In this document: one piece after another, positions 13,901 through 29,560 of the stretch
Position numbering within the stretch: the stretch's first letter is position 1
How the letters are laid out: the number at the start of each line of letters is the position of its first letter
Source: the human T2T-CHM13v2.0 reference genome, Homo sapiens
Length of the DNA: 64,000 bases
Assembly (NCBI RefSeq): GCF_009914755.1
Contig: NC_060939.1
Strand: one strand, 5' to 3'
Program-made: the position numbers and the translations under genes
The notes under the pieces: model-generated
What the model was told of the DNA's origin: nothing
What the model saw: only the letters and a program-made list of their open reading frames with translations
The model's database searches: none

Positions 13901-15910
13901 TTTTATTCCACCCCACCCCTTTCCACTCCACACCATTCCACTCCCCTACTCCACTCCAATCCATTCCCCTCCATTCCATTCCACTTTACTCCACTCCACT
14001 CCATTCAACTACACTCCATTCCACGCGACTTCACTCCATTCCACTCTATTCCATTACATTATCTTGCATTCCACTCCACTCCACTCCACTCCAGCCCGCT
14101 CCATTGAATTCCATTCCCTCTCACTCCATTCCACTCCATTCCACTGCACTCCACATCACTCCATTTGATTCCGTTCTACCAAATTTCAATCCATGCCAAT
14201 CCACTCCACCGCACTCCACTTCAACACATTCCATTCGATGCCATTCGATGCCATTCTATTCCATTCCATTCCATTCCATTCGATCCCACTCCATTTATTC
14301 CATTCCATTCCATTCCATTCCATTCCATTCGAGTCAATTCCTTTTCAGTCCATTTCGTTCCTGTTCATTCCATTCAATTTCCGTCCACTCCACTCCTTTC
14401 CACTCAAATCCAATCCACTCCAATACATTCCATTGCATTCCACCCCAGTCCCCTCCTTTCCACTCCACTCCACTGTGTTCAATTCCATTCCTTGCCATTC
14501 TCTTCCATTCCACCCCGTTCCAGTCCACTACCCACCACTCCATTCATTTCTGTTGCACTCCATTCCATTCCACTCCAATCCACTGCACTCCACTCCACAT
14601 CATCACGTTCCATTCAATTCCATTCGATGCTATTTGATTCCATTCCTTTCAATTCCATTCCATTCAACTCCGTGGCATTCGATTCCATTCCTTTTGATTC
14701 AATTCCATTACATTCCAATTTATTTGAGTCCATTCCATTCCTGTGCATTCGATTGGAGTTCATTGCATTCGAGCCCACTCCATTCCACTCCATTCCATTT
14801 CAGTCCATTCCATTTGAGTCCATTCCACTCCACTCCATTCCACTACATTGCACTCCATTCCACTGCATTCCATTTCATTCCACTCCACTCCATACCACTC
14901 ACCTCCTCTCCATTCCATTCCACTTCATTCCACTCCTTTCCACTCCACTCCACTCCAATCCATTCCATTCCTTTCCATTCCCCTCCATTCCGCTCATCTC
15001 CCATCCACTCAACTCCACTCCACTGGAGTCCATTCCATTCCACTCAACACCATTTATCTCCTCTCCACTCCACTCCACTCTATTCCATTGCATTCCTCTC
15101 CACTCCACTCCACTGCACTCCATTCAATTCCATTCCTTCCCATTCCATTCAATTTCACTACATTCTACTGCACTCACTCCACTGCATTCAATTCCATTCC
15201 ACCCCATTCCATTCCAATGCATTCCATACCAATCCACTCCACTTCACCGCATTCCATTTGAATCCATTTGATGCCATTTGATTCCATTCCATTCAATTCC
15301 ATTCCATTGGATTCCATTCCGTTGGCTAGCATGCCATTCGATTCTTCTCCATTCCATTCCGTTCCGTTCGATTCCCTTCCATTTGAGAACTTTCCATTTG
15401 AGTCCATTCCATTCCAGTCCATTGCATTCCAGTCCATTCCATTTGAGTCCATTCCATTCCGTTCCATTGCATTCCACTCCACTCAACTCCACTGAACTCC
15501 ACTCCCTACGACTTCATTCCTTCCCATTGCATTCCATTCCACTGCATTCCACTCCACTCCACTCAAATTCATTCCACCGCATTCCATTCCACTATACTCC
15601 ACTGCACTCCACTCCACTTCACCACATTCCATTCGATTCCATTCGAAGCCATTCTATTCCATTCTTTTCAATTACATTCAATTCGATAGCATTCTATTCG
15701 ATTTCATTCCATTTGAGTCCATTCCATTGGAGTACATTCCATTCCATTCCATTCCATTCCAATCCTCTGGATTCCATTCCATTACATTCCACTTCACTCC
15801 TCTCCACTCCATTCAATTCCATTCCTCCCTATTCCATTCCATTCCACTCTATTCCTCTCCACTCCACACAATTCCACTTCATTCCACTGAAATCTACTGC
15901 ATTCCATCCC

Positions 15911-16025
15911 ATTCCATTCCACTCCAATCCACTCCACGCCAATCCAATCCATTACACTCCACCCCATTCCATTCCACTCCAATCCACTCCACGCCAATCC
16001 AGTCCATTACACTCCACTCCATTCC
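15911..16025 (+). repeat. 55 bp tandem duplication
   Basis: CCACGCCAATCCA.TCCATTACACTCCAC at 15934 and 15989. Confidence 0.85.
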
Positions 16026-19000
16026 ATTTCATTCCATTGCATTACACTCCATTCCAGTCCACTCCACTCCGTTAAATTCCATTCCTTCCCATTCCATTCC
16101 ATTCCACTCCATTCCACCCCACTCCAATCCACTCCATTCAATTCCATTCCACCCCTTTCCATTCCACTACCTGCCACTCCAATCGTGTACAATCCACTCC
16201 ATTCTATACCATTCCTTCCCATTCCATTACATTTCACTCCATTCCACTCAACTCCACCCCACTTCACCATATTCCATTCGATTCCATTCAATGCCATTGG
16301 ATTCCATTCCATTTGATTGCATTCCATTCGATTCCATTTCATCCGATTCCATTCCATTCGGTTCCATTCCTTTTGAATCCATTCCATCCGCATCCATTCC
16401 CTCTGAGTCCATTCCAATCGACTCCATTCCTTTCCAGTCCATTCCATTGCAGTCCTTTCCAATCCATTCCATTCCATTTCAAATCACTCCACTCCACTCC
16501 ACTCCATGCCATTGCACTCAATTCTATTCCATTATTTTCCGTTTCACTCCATTAAACTCCACTCCACTCCACACCACTCCATTCCATTCCACTGCATTCC
16601 ACTCCATTCCATTTTGTAGCATTCCATTCCATTCAATTCCACAGCATTCAATTCCACTTCCCTACACTCAACTTCTTTCCATTCCATTCCATTCCTCTCT
16701 ACTCCACACCACTCCATTACAATTCCATTCCTCTCCATTACAATTCCGTTTCACTCCATTCCATTCCACTCCATTCCACTCCATCCATTCCACTTCACCT
16801 CAATCCAATCGATTCCATTCGATGCCAATCGATTCCATGCCATTGTGTTCCATGTCATTTGATTCCACTCCATTCCATTCCTTTCAGTTCCATTCCATTG
16901 CATTCCTTTCTATTCCATTCCATTCCACTCCGTTCAATTCCATTCCATTCCATTCCACTGCAATCCATTCCATTACATTCAACTCCACTGCACTCCATTC
17001 AACTCCATTCCACTCCATTTCACTCCAGTCCACTCCACTCAACTTCCCTACATTACACTTCACTCCACTACAATCCACTCCAGTACACTCCAATCCATGA
17101 AAATCCATTCCATTCCATTCCTCTAAATTTCACTTTACTCTACTCCACTCCACTTAAGTGCATTTCATCCCACTCCACTCGAATCCACTCCACTCCATTC
17201 CACTCCATTCCACTCAAATCCGTTCCACTCCATTCCATTCCATTCCATTTCATTCAATTCCACCGCATTCCACCCCATTGCATACCACTCCATTCCACTC
17301 CACTCCACTGCACCTTATTCCATTTGATTCCAGTCGATGTCATTTGATTCCATTCCATTCGAGTCCATTCCATTCCAGTCCATTCCATTTGAGTCCATTC
17401 CCTTCAAGTCAATTGCTTTCCATTCCATTCCATTCCACACCATTCCATTTCATTTCACTGCATTCCTTTTCATTCCAATCCAATGTACTCCACTTCACTG
17501 CACACCACTCCTTTCAAATCCATTCCACTCCACTCCCCTCCAATCCACTCCATTAAACTTCACGCAACTCCACTCTACTCCATTCCATTCCTTTAAATTC
17601 CACTCCATTCCTTTCCACTCCATTCCACTTCACTCCTTCCAGTCCACTCCACTGCACTCCACTTGTGTGAATTCCCTTCTACTCCACTCGAATCCACTAT
17701 ATTCCACTCCATTCCAATCCACACCACTAAAATACATTCCACTCCATTCCTCTCCACTACATTCCATTCCATTCCATTACATTCCTCTCCACTCCAATCC
17801 TCTCCACTCCACTCCATTCCATTGCATTCCATTGCTCTCCTATCTACTCCACTCCACTCCATTCCATTCCACCCCATTCCATTCCACTCCATTCCACTCC
17901 ACTCCACTTCACCGCATTCCATTCGATTCCATTCGATGCCATTCGATTAAATTCCATTTGATTCCATTTTATTTGATTCCATTCCATTCGATTCCATTCC
18001 ACACGATTCCACTCCGTTTGATTCCATTCCATTCTTTTCCATTCGATTCCTTTCCATTCCAGTACGTTCCATTCCATTCCATTCCGTTTCATTCCATTCC
18101 ATTCCACTCCACTCCACTCAACTCCATTCCACTCCATTCAATTGCAATCCAGTCCAATCCACTCCACTCCATTCCGTCCAAATTCATTCCTTCCAATTAA
18201 ATTCCATTCCACTCCATTCAACTCCACTGCACTCCACTCCATTCAATTCCCTTTCACCCCATTCAATTCCACTCCATTCCACTCCATTGCACTCCATTCC
18301 ACTCCACTTCATTTCACTGCAGTCCATTTGATTCCATTAGATGCCATTTGATTCCATTCCTTTCGATTCCATTCCATTCAATTCCATTCCATTCGATTCC
18401 ATTCCATTCGATTCTGTTCCATTCGAGTCCATTCCATTCGAGTCTATTCCATTTGAGTCCAATGCATTCCAGTCCATTCCATTTGAGTCCATTCAATTCC
18501 AGTCCAATCCATTCCATTCGAGTCCATTCCATTCCATTCCATTCCATTCCATTCCATTCCACTTCACTACACTCCATTCCACTTGACTTTGTTCCATTCC
18601 ATTCCTTTCCATTCCACTCCATTCCACTCTATTGCATTGCACTCCACTAGAATCCATTCTATTCCATTGCAATCCATTTCATTCCATTCCATTCCACTCC
18701 ACTCCACTGCAGTACACTCGACTCCAGTCCACACCACCCCACTCCACTCCACACCACTCCACTCCATTCCATTCCATTCCTTTCCATTCCATTTTACTCC
18801 ACTCCTCTACATTCCACTCCTTTCTACTCTATTCCATCCCATTCCATTCCATTCCACTCCATGCCATTCCATTCCTTTCCATTCCATTCTGCTCCATTAC
18901 ACTCCACTCCAATCCACTGCAATCCACTCCCCTCCACTCCATTCCATTCCATTCCATTCCATTCCATTCCATTCCATTCCATTTCATTCCATTGCATTCC

Positions 19001-21766
19001 ATTCCACTCTATTCCACTCCACTTCACTCTGTTCAATTCCATTCCTACCCATTCCATTCCATTTCACTCTATTCCAATCCACTCCACTCCAATTCACAGC
19101 ATTGTATGTGATTCCATTCAATGCCATTCGATTCCATACCATTCGATTCCATTGTATTTGATTCCATTCCATTCAATTCCACTATATTTGATTCCATACC
19201 TTTCTATTACATTCCCTTACATTCCATTCCATGTGTGTCCATTCCTTTACAGTCCATTACATTCCAGTCCATTCCATTCGAGTCCACTCAATTTAAGTAC
19301 ATTCCATTCCATTCCTTGCCATTAATTTCCAGTCCATTCTATTCATTTCCACTCAATTTTACTCCACTCCTTTTCATTCCATTCCTGTCTGTTCCATTCC
19401 ATTCCATTCCACTCCATTAAACTCCACTCCACTCTACTCCACTCCACTGCAGTCCACTCTACTCTGGTCAATTCCATTCTTTCCCAATACATTCCATTCC
19501 ACCTCCATTCCAATGACCACCACTCCAGTCCATTCAATTCCATTCCAATCCATTCCATTCCACTCCATTCTCCTCCACTCCTCTCCAATTCATTGCATTC
19601 TATTTGACTCAATTAGATGCCATTTGATTCCATTCCATTCGTTTCCACTTCACTCGATTTGATTCCGTTACATTTCATTCGATTCCATTCCATTCCATCC
19701 AATTCCATTCCATTTGAGGCCATTCGATTCAAGTCCATTCCATTCGAGTCCATTCCTTGCTATTCCATTTCCATCCTGTAAATTCTATTCGATTCGATTC
19801 GATTCCATTCCATTCCACTCCTCTCTTTTCCATTCCACTCCACTCCATTCCACTCTATTCCATTCCACTCCACTCAACTCCTCTCCACTCCACTCGAATC
19901 CACAACAACCCATTCCATTCCATTCCACTGCATACTACTCCACTCCACTCCCCTCACCTCCACTCCAATCCATTCAATTCCATTCCTTGCCATTCCATTC
20001 CACTCCACTCCACTCCACTTCATTCCACTCTATTCCACTCTATTCCATTCCATTCCATTCCACTCTATTCCATTCCATTCCATTCCATTCCATTCCATTC
20101 CATTCCATTCCATTCCATAGCATTCTTTCCACTCCTTTCCACTCCACTCTGTTAAATTACATTTCTTCCCATTCCATTGCATTCCACTCCATTCCAATCC
20201 ACCCCACTCCACTCCAATCAATTCCAATCCATTCCACTCCATTCCATTCCACTCCATTCCATTCCATCCCCTTCCACTCCATTCCACTCCATTCCACTCC
20301 ACTCCAGTACAGTGCATTCCATTTCATTTCATTCCATTTCATTCAATTCAATTCCACTCCATTTCATTCCATACATTTCAATTCCATTTCAATATATTCC
20401 TCTCCACTCCACTCCATTCCATTCTGTTCCTTTGCATTCCACTTACCTGGTCTCCATTCCCATCCATTCAATTCCATTCCACCCCATTTCTTGCCACTAC
20501 TTTCCACTCCCTCCACTTGTTTCCATTTGATTCAATTCGAAGCCATTCCATGCAACTCCTCTTTTCAATTGATCCATTCGATGCCATTCGTTGCCATTCC
20601 ATTTGATTCCATTTCACTCAAATCAATTCCATTTGATTCCATTCCATTCGATTCCATTTCATACGAGTCTGTTCCATTCGGGGACATTCCATTCAAGTCC
20701 ATTCCATTCGAGTGCATTCCTTTCTAGTCCATTCTATTCCTGTCCATAACATTCGAGTAAATTCCATTCCATTCCATTCCATTCCACTCCATTCCAATCC
20801 ATTCTATTCCATTCCATTGCATTCCACTGCATTCCACTCCACTCCACCGCATTCCACTCCACTCTGTTCAATTCCATTCAATACAATTCTGTTTCATTTC
20901 ACTCCATTCCCCTCCACTCCACTACATTCTATTGCATTCCACTCCACTCCACTACATTTCACTTCATTCCATTCCACTCCACTCCACTCCAATCCATTCC
21001 ACTCCACTCCACTCCACATCTCTCCACTCCACTCTATTCCAATCAATTCCACTATTTCCACCCCATTACATTTAACTCCACTCCATCCCATTCCATTCCA
21101 ATCCACTGGATTCCATTCTTTGCATATTACTCCATTCCACTCCACTCAACTCAACTCGGTTCAATTCTATTCCTTACCATTCCATTCTATTCAAATCCAT
21201 TCGACACCACTCCCCTCTACTGCATTCATTACATTGCAGCCCATTCCATTCCAATCCATTCCACTCGACTCCACTCCACCTCATCGCATTCCACTGTATT
21301 CCCTTTGATGCCATTCTATTCCATTCCATTCGACTCCATTCCATTCTATTCCATTCCATTCTAGTCCATTCCATGCGAGTCCCTTCTATTATATTCCATT
21401 CCATTCGAGTCCATTACATGGGAGTTCATTCCTTTCGAGTCCATTCAATTCAAATCCATTCCATTCAAGTCCATTCTATTCCAGTCCATTCCATTCCAGT
21501 CCACTCCCTTCGAGTGCCTTCCATCGAGTCCATTACATTCAAGTCCATTCCTTTCCAGACCATTACATTCCAGTCCATTCTATTCGAATCCATTCCATTC
21601 CATTCCTTTCAAATCCATTCCATTCCATTCTATTCCATTGCATAATACTCCACTCCACACCACTCCACTCCACTCCATTCCATTCCATTGCTTTCTACTC
21701 CTCTCCATTCCACTCCAGTCCATTCAATTCCACTCCTTCCAATTCCATTCCATTCCAATCCATTCC

Positions 21767-22245
21767 AACCCACTCCACTCCACTCCACTCCTTTCAATTC
21801 CATTCCACCTCTTTCCATTCCACTGCATTTCACTCCACTGCACTCCACTTTACCACGTTCTATTTGATTGCATTTGATGCCATTCGATTCCCTTCCATTC
21901 GATTCCTTCCATTCCATTCAATACAATTCAATTCCATTCCATTAGATTCCATTCAATTGCATTCCATTCCATTCTCTTCCATTCCATTCCATTCCATTCC
22001 ATTCCATTCCAACCCACTCCACTCCACTCCTTTCAATTCCATTCAACCTCTTTCCATTCCACTGCATTTCACTCCACTCCACTCCACTTTACCGCGTTCT
22101 ATTTGATTGCATTTGATGCCATTCGATTCCCTTCCATTCGATTCCTTCCATTCCATTCAATACAATTCAATTCCATTCCATTTGATTCCATTCAATTGCA
22201 TTCCATTCCATTCCCTTCCATTCCATTCCATTCCATTCCATTCCA
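21767..22245 (+). repeat. ~239-244 bp tandem duplication containing a module-boundary motif
   Basis: AACCCACTCC at 21767 and 22011; both copies carry CTTTACC.CGTTCTATTTGATTGCATTTGATGCCATTCGATTCCCTTCCATTCGATTCCTTCCATTCCATTCAATACAATTC. The ORF track shows the same peptide start MIAFDAIRFPSIRFLPF at 21864 and 22103 (offset 239). Confidence 0.93.
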
Positions 22246-22921
22246 CTCCATTCCACTCCACTCCATACCACACTGCTGCATTCCATTAAATTCGACTCAA
22301 TTCCACACCATTTAATTCCATTCCATTAAATTCCAGTCCATTCCTCTCCACTACACTACACTTTACTCCACTCCACTCCATTCCATTCCATTTCTTTGCA
22401 TTCCACTCCATTCCACTCCACTCCATTCAATTCCACTCCTTCTCATTCCATTCCATTCCAATCCATTCCATCCACTCCATTCAATTCCATTCCACTCCAC
22501 TTCACTCCTATCCACTCCATTCCACTCCACTCCGCTCCACTCCTCTCCATTCCACTCCGCTCTCTCCACTTCTCTCCACTGCATTCCATTCCATTCCATT
22601 CCTTACCACCCCATTCCACTGCACTCCTTTCCATTCCATTCCATTCCACTCTCTCCATTCCATTCCTTTGCATTCCACTCCACTCCGCTACACTCATCTC
22701 CACTCAGTACAATTGCATTCCTTAGCATTTCATTCTATTGAACTCCATTCTACTCCGCTCCACTCCATTCCACTGCATTCAATTCCTTTCCATCCCATTC
22801 CATTGCACACCATTTCACTCCAATTCACCGCATTCCACTGGATTCTATTAGATGCTATCCTTTTCCATTCCATTTGATTCCATGCCATTTGATTCTATTC
22901 CTTTCGAGTCCATTCCTTGCA

Positions 22922-23050
22922 AGTCCATTCCATTCGATTCCATTCCATTTGAGTCCTTTCCATTCGAGTTCATTCCTTTCCAGTCCATTCCATTCGATTC
23001 CATTCCATTTGAGTCCGTTCCATTCGAGTTCATTCCTTTCTAGTCCATTC
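22922..23050 (+). repeat. 60 bp tandem duplication
   Basis: AGTCCATTCCATTCGATTCCATTCCATTTGAGTCC.TTCCATTCGAGTTCATTCCTTTC at 22922 and 22982. Confidence 0.85.
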
Positions 23051-24620
23051 CATTCTGATCCATTCCATTAGAGTCAATTCCATTCCAGTCCATTCCATTC
23101 CATTCCATACGAATTCATTCCGTTCTAGTAAATTCCATTTGAATCCATTCCATTCCAGTCCATTCCTTTCAAATCCATTCCATTCGAATCCATTCCATTC
23201 CATTCCATTGCATTCCACTGTACTCCACTCCACTCCATTCCATTGCATTCCACTTCACTCCATTCCACCCCAGTCCATTCAATTCCATTCCTTCCCATTC
23301 CTTTCCAATCCATTCCACTCCACTCCTCTCCACTCCATTCAATTCCATTCCTTCCAATTACATTCCATTCCATTCCACTCCACTCCACTCCATTCAATTC
23401 TATTCCACCCTATTCCATTCCACTGCATTTCAATCCACTCCACTCAACTTCACCGCATTACATTCGATTCCATTTCATGCCATTTGATTCCATTCCATTC
23501 GATGCCATTCCATTCGATTCCATACAATGCGATTCCTTTCCTTTCGATTCCGTTACATTGCATTCCATTCCATTTCATTCCATTCCATTCGAATCCATTC
23601 CATTTCATTCCATTCCATTCGAGTCCATTCCATTCGAGTCCCTTCCTTTCCAATCCCTTCCATTCCATTCCATTCCACTCCATTACACTCCACTCCATTC
23701 CAGTCCACTGCATTTCATTCCGTTCAATTCAATTCCACTCCATTGCATTCCATTCCTTTCCATTCCCTTCCATTCCCCTCCATTCCTCTCCAATCCACTA
23801 CACTTTACTCCATTCCACTACATTGCATCCCATTCAATTCCTTTACTTTCCACTCCACTCCTCTGCATTCAATTCCATTCCTTCCCTTTCCATTCCACTC
23901 CATTACTCTCCACTCCAGTCCACTCCATTCCATTCATTTGCATTCCACCCCATTCCAATCCACTCCATTCCACTGTACTCCAATCCACTCCACTTCACCG
24001 CATTCCATTCGATTCTATTCGATGCCATTTGATTCCATTCCTTTCGAGTCCTTTCCATTCAGTTTCATTCATTTCGATTCCATGCCACTCGATTCCATTC
24101 CGTTTGAGTCCATTCCATTCCAGTCCATTCCGTTCGAGTCAATTCCATTCCATTCCCTTCCATTCCATTGCATTCCATTCCACTCCACTCCATACCATTT
24201 CAGTCCATTCCTCTCCACTGCACTGTACTCCACTCCATTCCTTTCCACCGCATTCGATTCCACTCCTCTCTATTCCATTCCATTCCATTCCATTCCACTC
24301 AATTCCATTCCTTTGCATTCCACCCCACTGCGCGCCACTCAGCTCCATTCGGTTCAATTCCATTCATTCCAATTCCATTCTATTGAACTCCATTCCACTC
24401 CACTCCACTCCACTGCATTCAATTCCTTTCCACCCCATTCCATTCCTATCCATTCCACTCAATTTCACTCCACTTCACAGGATGCCTCTGGATTCCATTC
24501 GAAGCAATTCTAATCCCTTCCATTCGATTCCACTTCATTCGATTCCATTCCTTTTGATTCCATTCCATATGAGTCCATTCCATTCGATTCCATTCCATTC
24601 AAGAGCATTCCATTCGAGTT

Positions 24621-24715
24621 CATTCTTTTTGAGTGCATTCCATTCCAATCCATTCCATTCGAGTCCATTCTTTTTGAGTGCATTCCATTCCAATCCATTC
24701 CATTCGAGTCCATTC
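24621..24715 (+). repeat. 45 bp tandem duplication
   Basis: CATTCTTTTTGAGTGCATTCCATTCCAATCCATTCCATTCGAGTC at 24621 and 24666. Confidence 0.88.
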
Positions 24716-24940
24716 TATTCCAGTCCATTCCATTCTTTCCATTCAATAGGAGTGTTTTCCATTCTATTAAATTCCATTTGAGTCCATTCCATTCCAGTCC
24801 ATTCAATTCCAGTCCATTCCATTCGAATCCCTTCCATTCCATTCCGTTCCATTGCATTCCACTTCACTCCATTCAACTACAGTCCATTCAATTCCATTCC
24901 TTCCCATTCCATTCCAATACATTCCACTCCACTCCACTCC

Positions 24941-25040
24941 ATTCAATTCCATTCCAGCCCATTCCATTCCACTGCATTTCACTCCAATTCAATCCCATTC
25001 CAGCCCATTCCATTCCACTGCATTTCACTCCACTTCAATC
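24941..25040 (+). repeat. 46 bp tandem duplication (out of pentamer register)
   Basis: CCAGCCCATTCCATTCCACTGCATTTCACTCCA at 24954 and 25000. Confidence 0.85.
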
Positions 25041-25620
25041 CATGTCACAGCATTCCATTCGATTCCATTTGATGCCATTCGATTCTATTCCATTTGATTC
25101 CATTCCATTCAATTCCATACAGTTCAAGTGATTTCCTTTAAATTCCTTTCCATTCCATTCGAGTCCATTCCATTCCATTCGATTGCATTCCATTCCATTC
25201 CATTCCAATCCACTCCACTCCTCTCCATGCCACTACATTTTAATCCTCTCCACTCCACTCCATTCCATTCCATTCCATTCATTTGCATTGCACTCCACTC
25301 CACTACACTCCATTCAATTCCATTCCTTCCCATGTCATTCAATTCGACTCCATTCCACTCCACTCCACTGCACTCTATTCAGTTGCATTCCAACCCATTC
25401 CATTCCACTCCTTTCCACTCCACTCCACTCCACTTCATCACATTCCGTTCGATTCCATTCAATGCCATTCAGTTCCATTCTTTTAGAATCCACTACATTC
25501 AATTACATTCCATTTGATTCCATTCCATTCATGTCCATTCCATTACAGTTCATTACATTCCTTTCCATTCCATTCCACATCACTCCACTCCACTCCTCTC
25601 CATTCAATTCCATTCCATTG

Positions 25621-25726
25621 CATTCCACTCCGCTCCAGTCCTCTCCAATCCGTTCAATTCCATTCCATTCCATTCCACTCCGCTCCAGTCCTCTCCAATC
25701 CGTTCAATTCCATTCCATTCCATTCC
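25621..25726 (+). repeat. Perfect 50 bp tandem duplication
   Basis: CATTCCACTCCGCTCCAGTCCTCTCCAATCCGTTCAATTCCATTCCATTC at 25621 and 25671. Confidence 0.92.
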
Positions 25727-28700
25727 ATTCTATTCCATTCCACTACATTCCACTCCCATCCACTCCATTCCATTCCATTCCACTCCACTCCATTCAATTT
25801 CATTCCATTCCTCTCTACTTCACTCCATTCTAATCCACTCCACTCCACTCCTCTCCTCCCCACTCAGTTAAATTACATTCCTTTCCACCCCATTCCATTC
25901 CACTCTATTCCATTCCATTCCATTCCATTACATTCCCTTCCACTCCATTCCATGGCATTCCACTCCATTCCATTCCATTACATTCCATTCAATTCCATTC
26001 CACTCAACTCCATTCCATTCCATTCCTCTTCACTCCACTCAGCTCCACTCCACTGCATGTCACTCCAACCCAATCCACTACACTACACTCAACTGCAATC
26101 TATATCATGCCATTCCATTCCATTGCATTCCTATCCACTCCACTCCACTCCCCTCCATTCTATTCCATTCCACCCAATTCCATTCCACTCCATTCCACTT
26201 CACTCCATTCCACTTCACCGCATTCCATTTGATTCCATTCGATGCGATTCGATTCCATTCCATTCGATTCTGTTTCATTCAATTCAATTCCATTCAATTC
26301 CATTCCATCCGATTCAATTCCATTCGAGACCATTCCATTGATATCCATTCCATTCGAGTCTGTTCCATTTGACTCCATTCCGTTCCAGTCTGTTCCATTC
26401 CAGTCCGTTCGATTCGAGTCCATTCCATTCCATTCCTATTCACTCCATTCCATTTCATTCCTCTCCACTCCCCTTCACTCAACTCATATCGGTTCAATTC
26501 CATTCCATCCCATTCCATTCCATTCCACTCCATTCCTCTCCACTCCACTCAAATGGATTCAATTCCATTCCAACCATTTCCATTCCACTCCTTTCCTCTC
26601 CATTCCACTCCATTGCACCACATTCCACTAGATTCCATTCAATGTCATTTGATATCATTCCATTCGAATCCATTCCATTTGATTCCAGTCCATTCGAATC
26701 CATTCCTTTCAAGTCCATTCCATTGCAGTACATTGCATTTGATTCCATTACATTCCAGTCCATTCCGTTGCAGTCCATTACATTTGAGTGCAATCCATTC
26801 AAGTCCATTCCATTTGATTATGTTCCATTTGATTCCATTCCATTCGATTCCATTCAATTCAGTTCCATTGCATTCGAGTCCATTCCATTCCGTTCCATTC
26901 CATTCCAATCCAATCCATTCGATTCGAGTCCATTCCATTCCGTTCCATTCCATTCCATTCCAATCAATTCCATTCGATTCCATTCCATTCGTTTCCGTTC
27001 CATTTGATTGCATTCCTTTCGATTCCATTCCTTTCGATTCCATTCTATTCCATTCCATTCCACTCCATTCCATTCCATTCCAGTACATTCTACTCCACTC
27101 CACTCAACTCCGTTAAATTCCGTGCCTTCTGCTTCCATTTTTATTACTCCATTAAATTCTACTCCACTCCAATCCACTTCACTGCATTCCATTTGATTCC
27201 ATTCAATGCCATTAAATTACATTCCATTTGATTCAATTCCATTCCATTTGATTCCATTCCATTGCAGTCTATTGCATTCGATTCCATTCCATTCAACTCT
27301 ATTCCATTCTATTCCATTCCATTCGATTCCATTCCATTCCATTCCTTTCCATTTCATTGGATTCGAATCCATTTGATTCCATTCCATTCCATTCGATTCC
27401 TTTCCATTCCATTAGATTCGAATCCATTTGATTCCATTCCATTCTATTCAATTCAATTGCCCTCCAGTCCATTCCATTCGAGTCCATTCCATTCCATTCC
27501 ATTCCTTCCCCTTCCATTCGTTTCCATTCCCTTCGATACCATTGTATTTGGTTCCATTCCATTCGTTTCATTCCATTCCATTCTATTGCATTCACCTCCA
27601 TTCCATTCCATTCGAGTCCATTCCATTATATTCCATTCCTTTCCATTCCATTTCATTCCATTCCACTCCATTCCATTCCACTCCACTCCCTTCCATCCCA
27701 TTTCACTCCACTCCAATCCATTCAATTCCATTCCTTCCCATTCTGTTCCATTCCTCTCCATTCAACTCCAGTCCACTCCACTACCTTCAATTCTATTCCA
27801 CCCCATTCCATTCCACTCCATTCCCTCCTGTCCTCTCCAATTCACTGTATTCCATTTGATTACATTTGATTACATTCCCTTCCATTCAATTCTATTCCAT
27901 TCCATTCGATTCTATTCCATTCCATTCCATTTGATTCCATTCTATTCCATCACATACCATTCAATTCAATTCCATTTGATTCCATTCCATTCCATTCCAT
28001 TAAATTCCATTCCATTCCGTTAAGTTCGTTTCCATTCCATTCGAGTCCATTCCATTCCATTCCATTGCGTTCTATTCCATTCCTCTCCACTCCACTCCAC
28101 TCCTTTACCTTCCACTAAACTCCACTCCACTCCATTCCATTCCATTCAGTTCCATTTGTTTGCACGCCACACCACTCCATCCTTCCCCACTCCAGTCCAT
28201 TCCATTCCACTCCTTTCCTCTCCATTTTACTCCATTCTATTCCATTCCATTCCTTTACATTTCATTCTATTCCTTTACATTCCATTCCACTCCATTCCAC
28301 TCCTTTCAATACCATTCCTTCCCATTCCATTCCATTTCTCTCCACTCAACTCCACTCCATTCAATTCCATTCCTTCCGCTTCCATTCCATTCCACTCTTT
28401 TCCACTCCACTCCAGTCCACTGCCTTCCATTCCATTTCATTCCATTGCATTCCACTCTTCTCCAGTCCATTCAAATCCATTCCTTCCCATTCCATTCCAC
28501 TCCATTCCACTCCATTCCACTCCACTCTATTCAATATCATTCCAACCCATTCCATTCCATTACATTTCACTCCACTCCACTCCTATTCACAGCATTAGAT
28601 TCGATTCCATTCGATACCATTCGATGCCATTTGGGTCCATTCCATTTCACTCCATTCAATTCACTTCCATTCCGTCAAAGTCCATTCATTTCCAGTCCAT

Positions 28701-29560
28701 TCCCTTCGAATCCATTCCATTCCTTTCCATTCCACTCCACTCCACTCCATTCACTTCCATTCCACCCCCTCCTTTCCACTCCGTTCCACTTCACTACACT
28801 CCACTCCACTTTTGCGCATTCCATTCAATTCCTTTCCACTCAATTCCATTTCATTCGATTACATTCCCTTTGATTCCATTCCATTCGATTCCATTCTATT
28901 CGATTCCATTCCATTCTATTTCATTCCACTCCACTCCACTACACTCCATTCCATTCCATTCCACTCCTTTCCATTCCATTCCATTCCATTCCACTCCATT
29001 CGATTCCATTCCATTCCACTCCATTTCTTTCCACTCCATTCCACTCCATTCAACTCCATTCAATTTCATTACATTTTATTTGATTCCATTGCATTCTATT
29101 CCTTTTAACTCCACTCAACTGTGTTCAGTTCCTTTCCGTCCCATTCCATTCCTTCCCATTCCATTCCATTCCACTCCACTCCATCCTCTCCACTCCATTC
29201 AATTCAATTCCACTCCTTTCCATTCCACTCCGTTCTAGTCCGCTGCACTACAGGTCACCGCATTCCATTCGATTCTATTCGATGCCATTCGATTCCATTA
29301 CATTCGATTCCACTCCATTCTATTCCATTCCATTTGTATCCATTAAATTCGACTCCATTACCTTCGTGTCCATTCCATTCGAGTATATTCCATTCCATTG
29401 CATACCATTTCATTCCTTTCCATTCTACTCCACTCCACTCCTCTCCACAGCACTCCATTCAATACCATTCTACTCCCTTCCAGTCCATTCCATTTGTGTC
29501 CATCCCTTTTGAGTCCATTCCATTCAAGTCCATTCCATTCCACTCCATTCCATTCCTGTC

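Noticed and set aside
20510-20600. Degenerate patches that look like possible insertions (also 27111-27160, 29230-29260, 63541-63600)
   Set aside because: They still align to the pentamer register or the boundary motif; no target-site duplication, poly(A) or foreign sequence.
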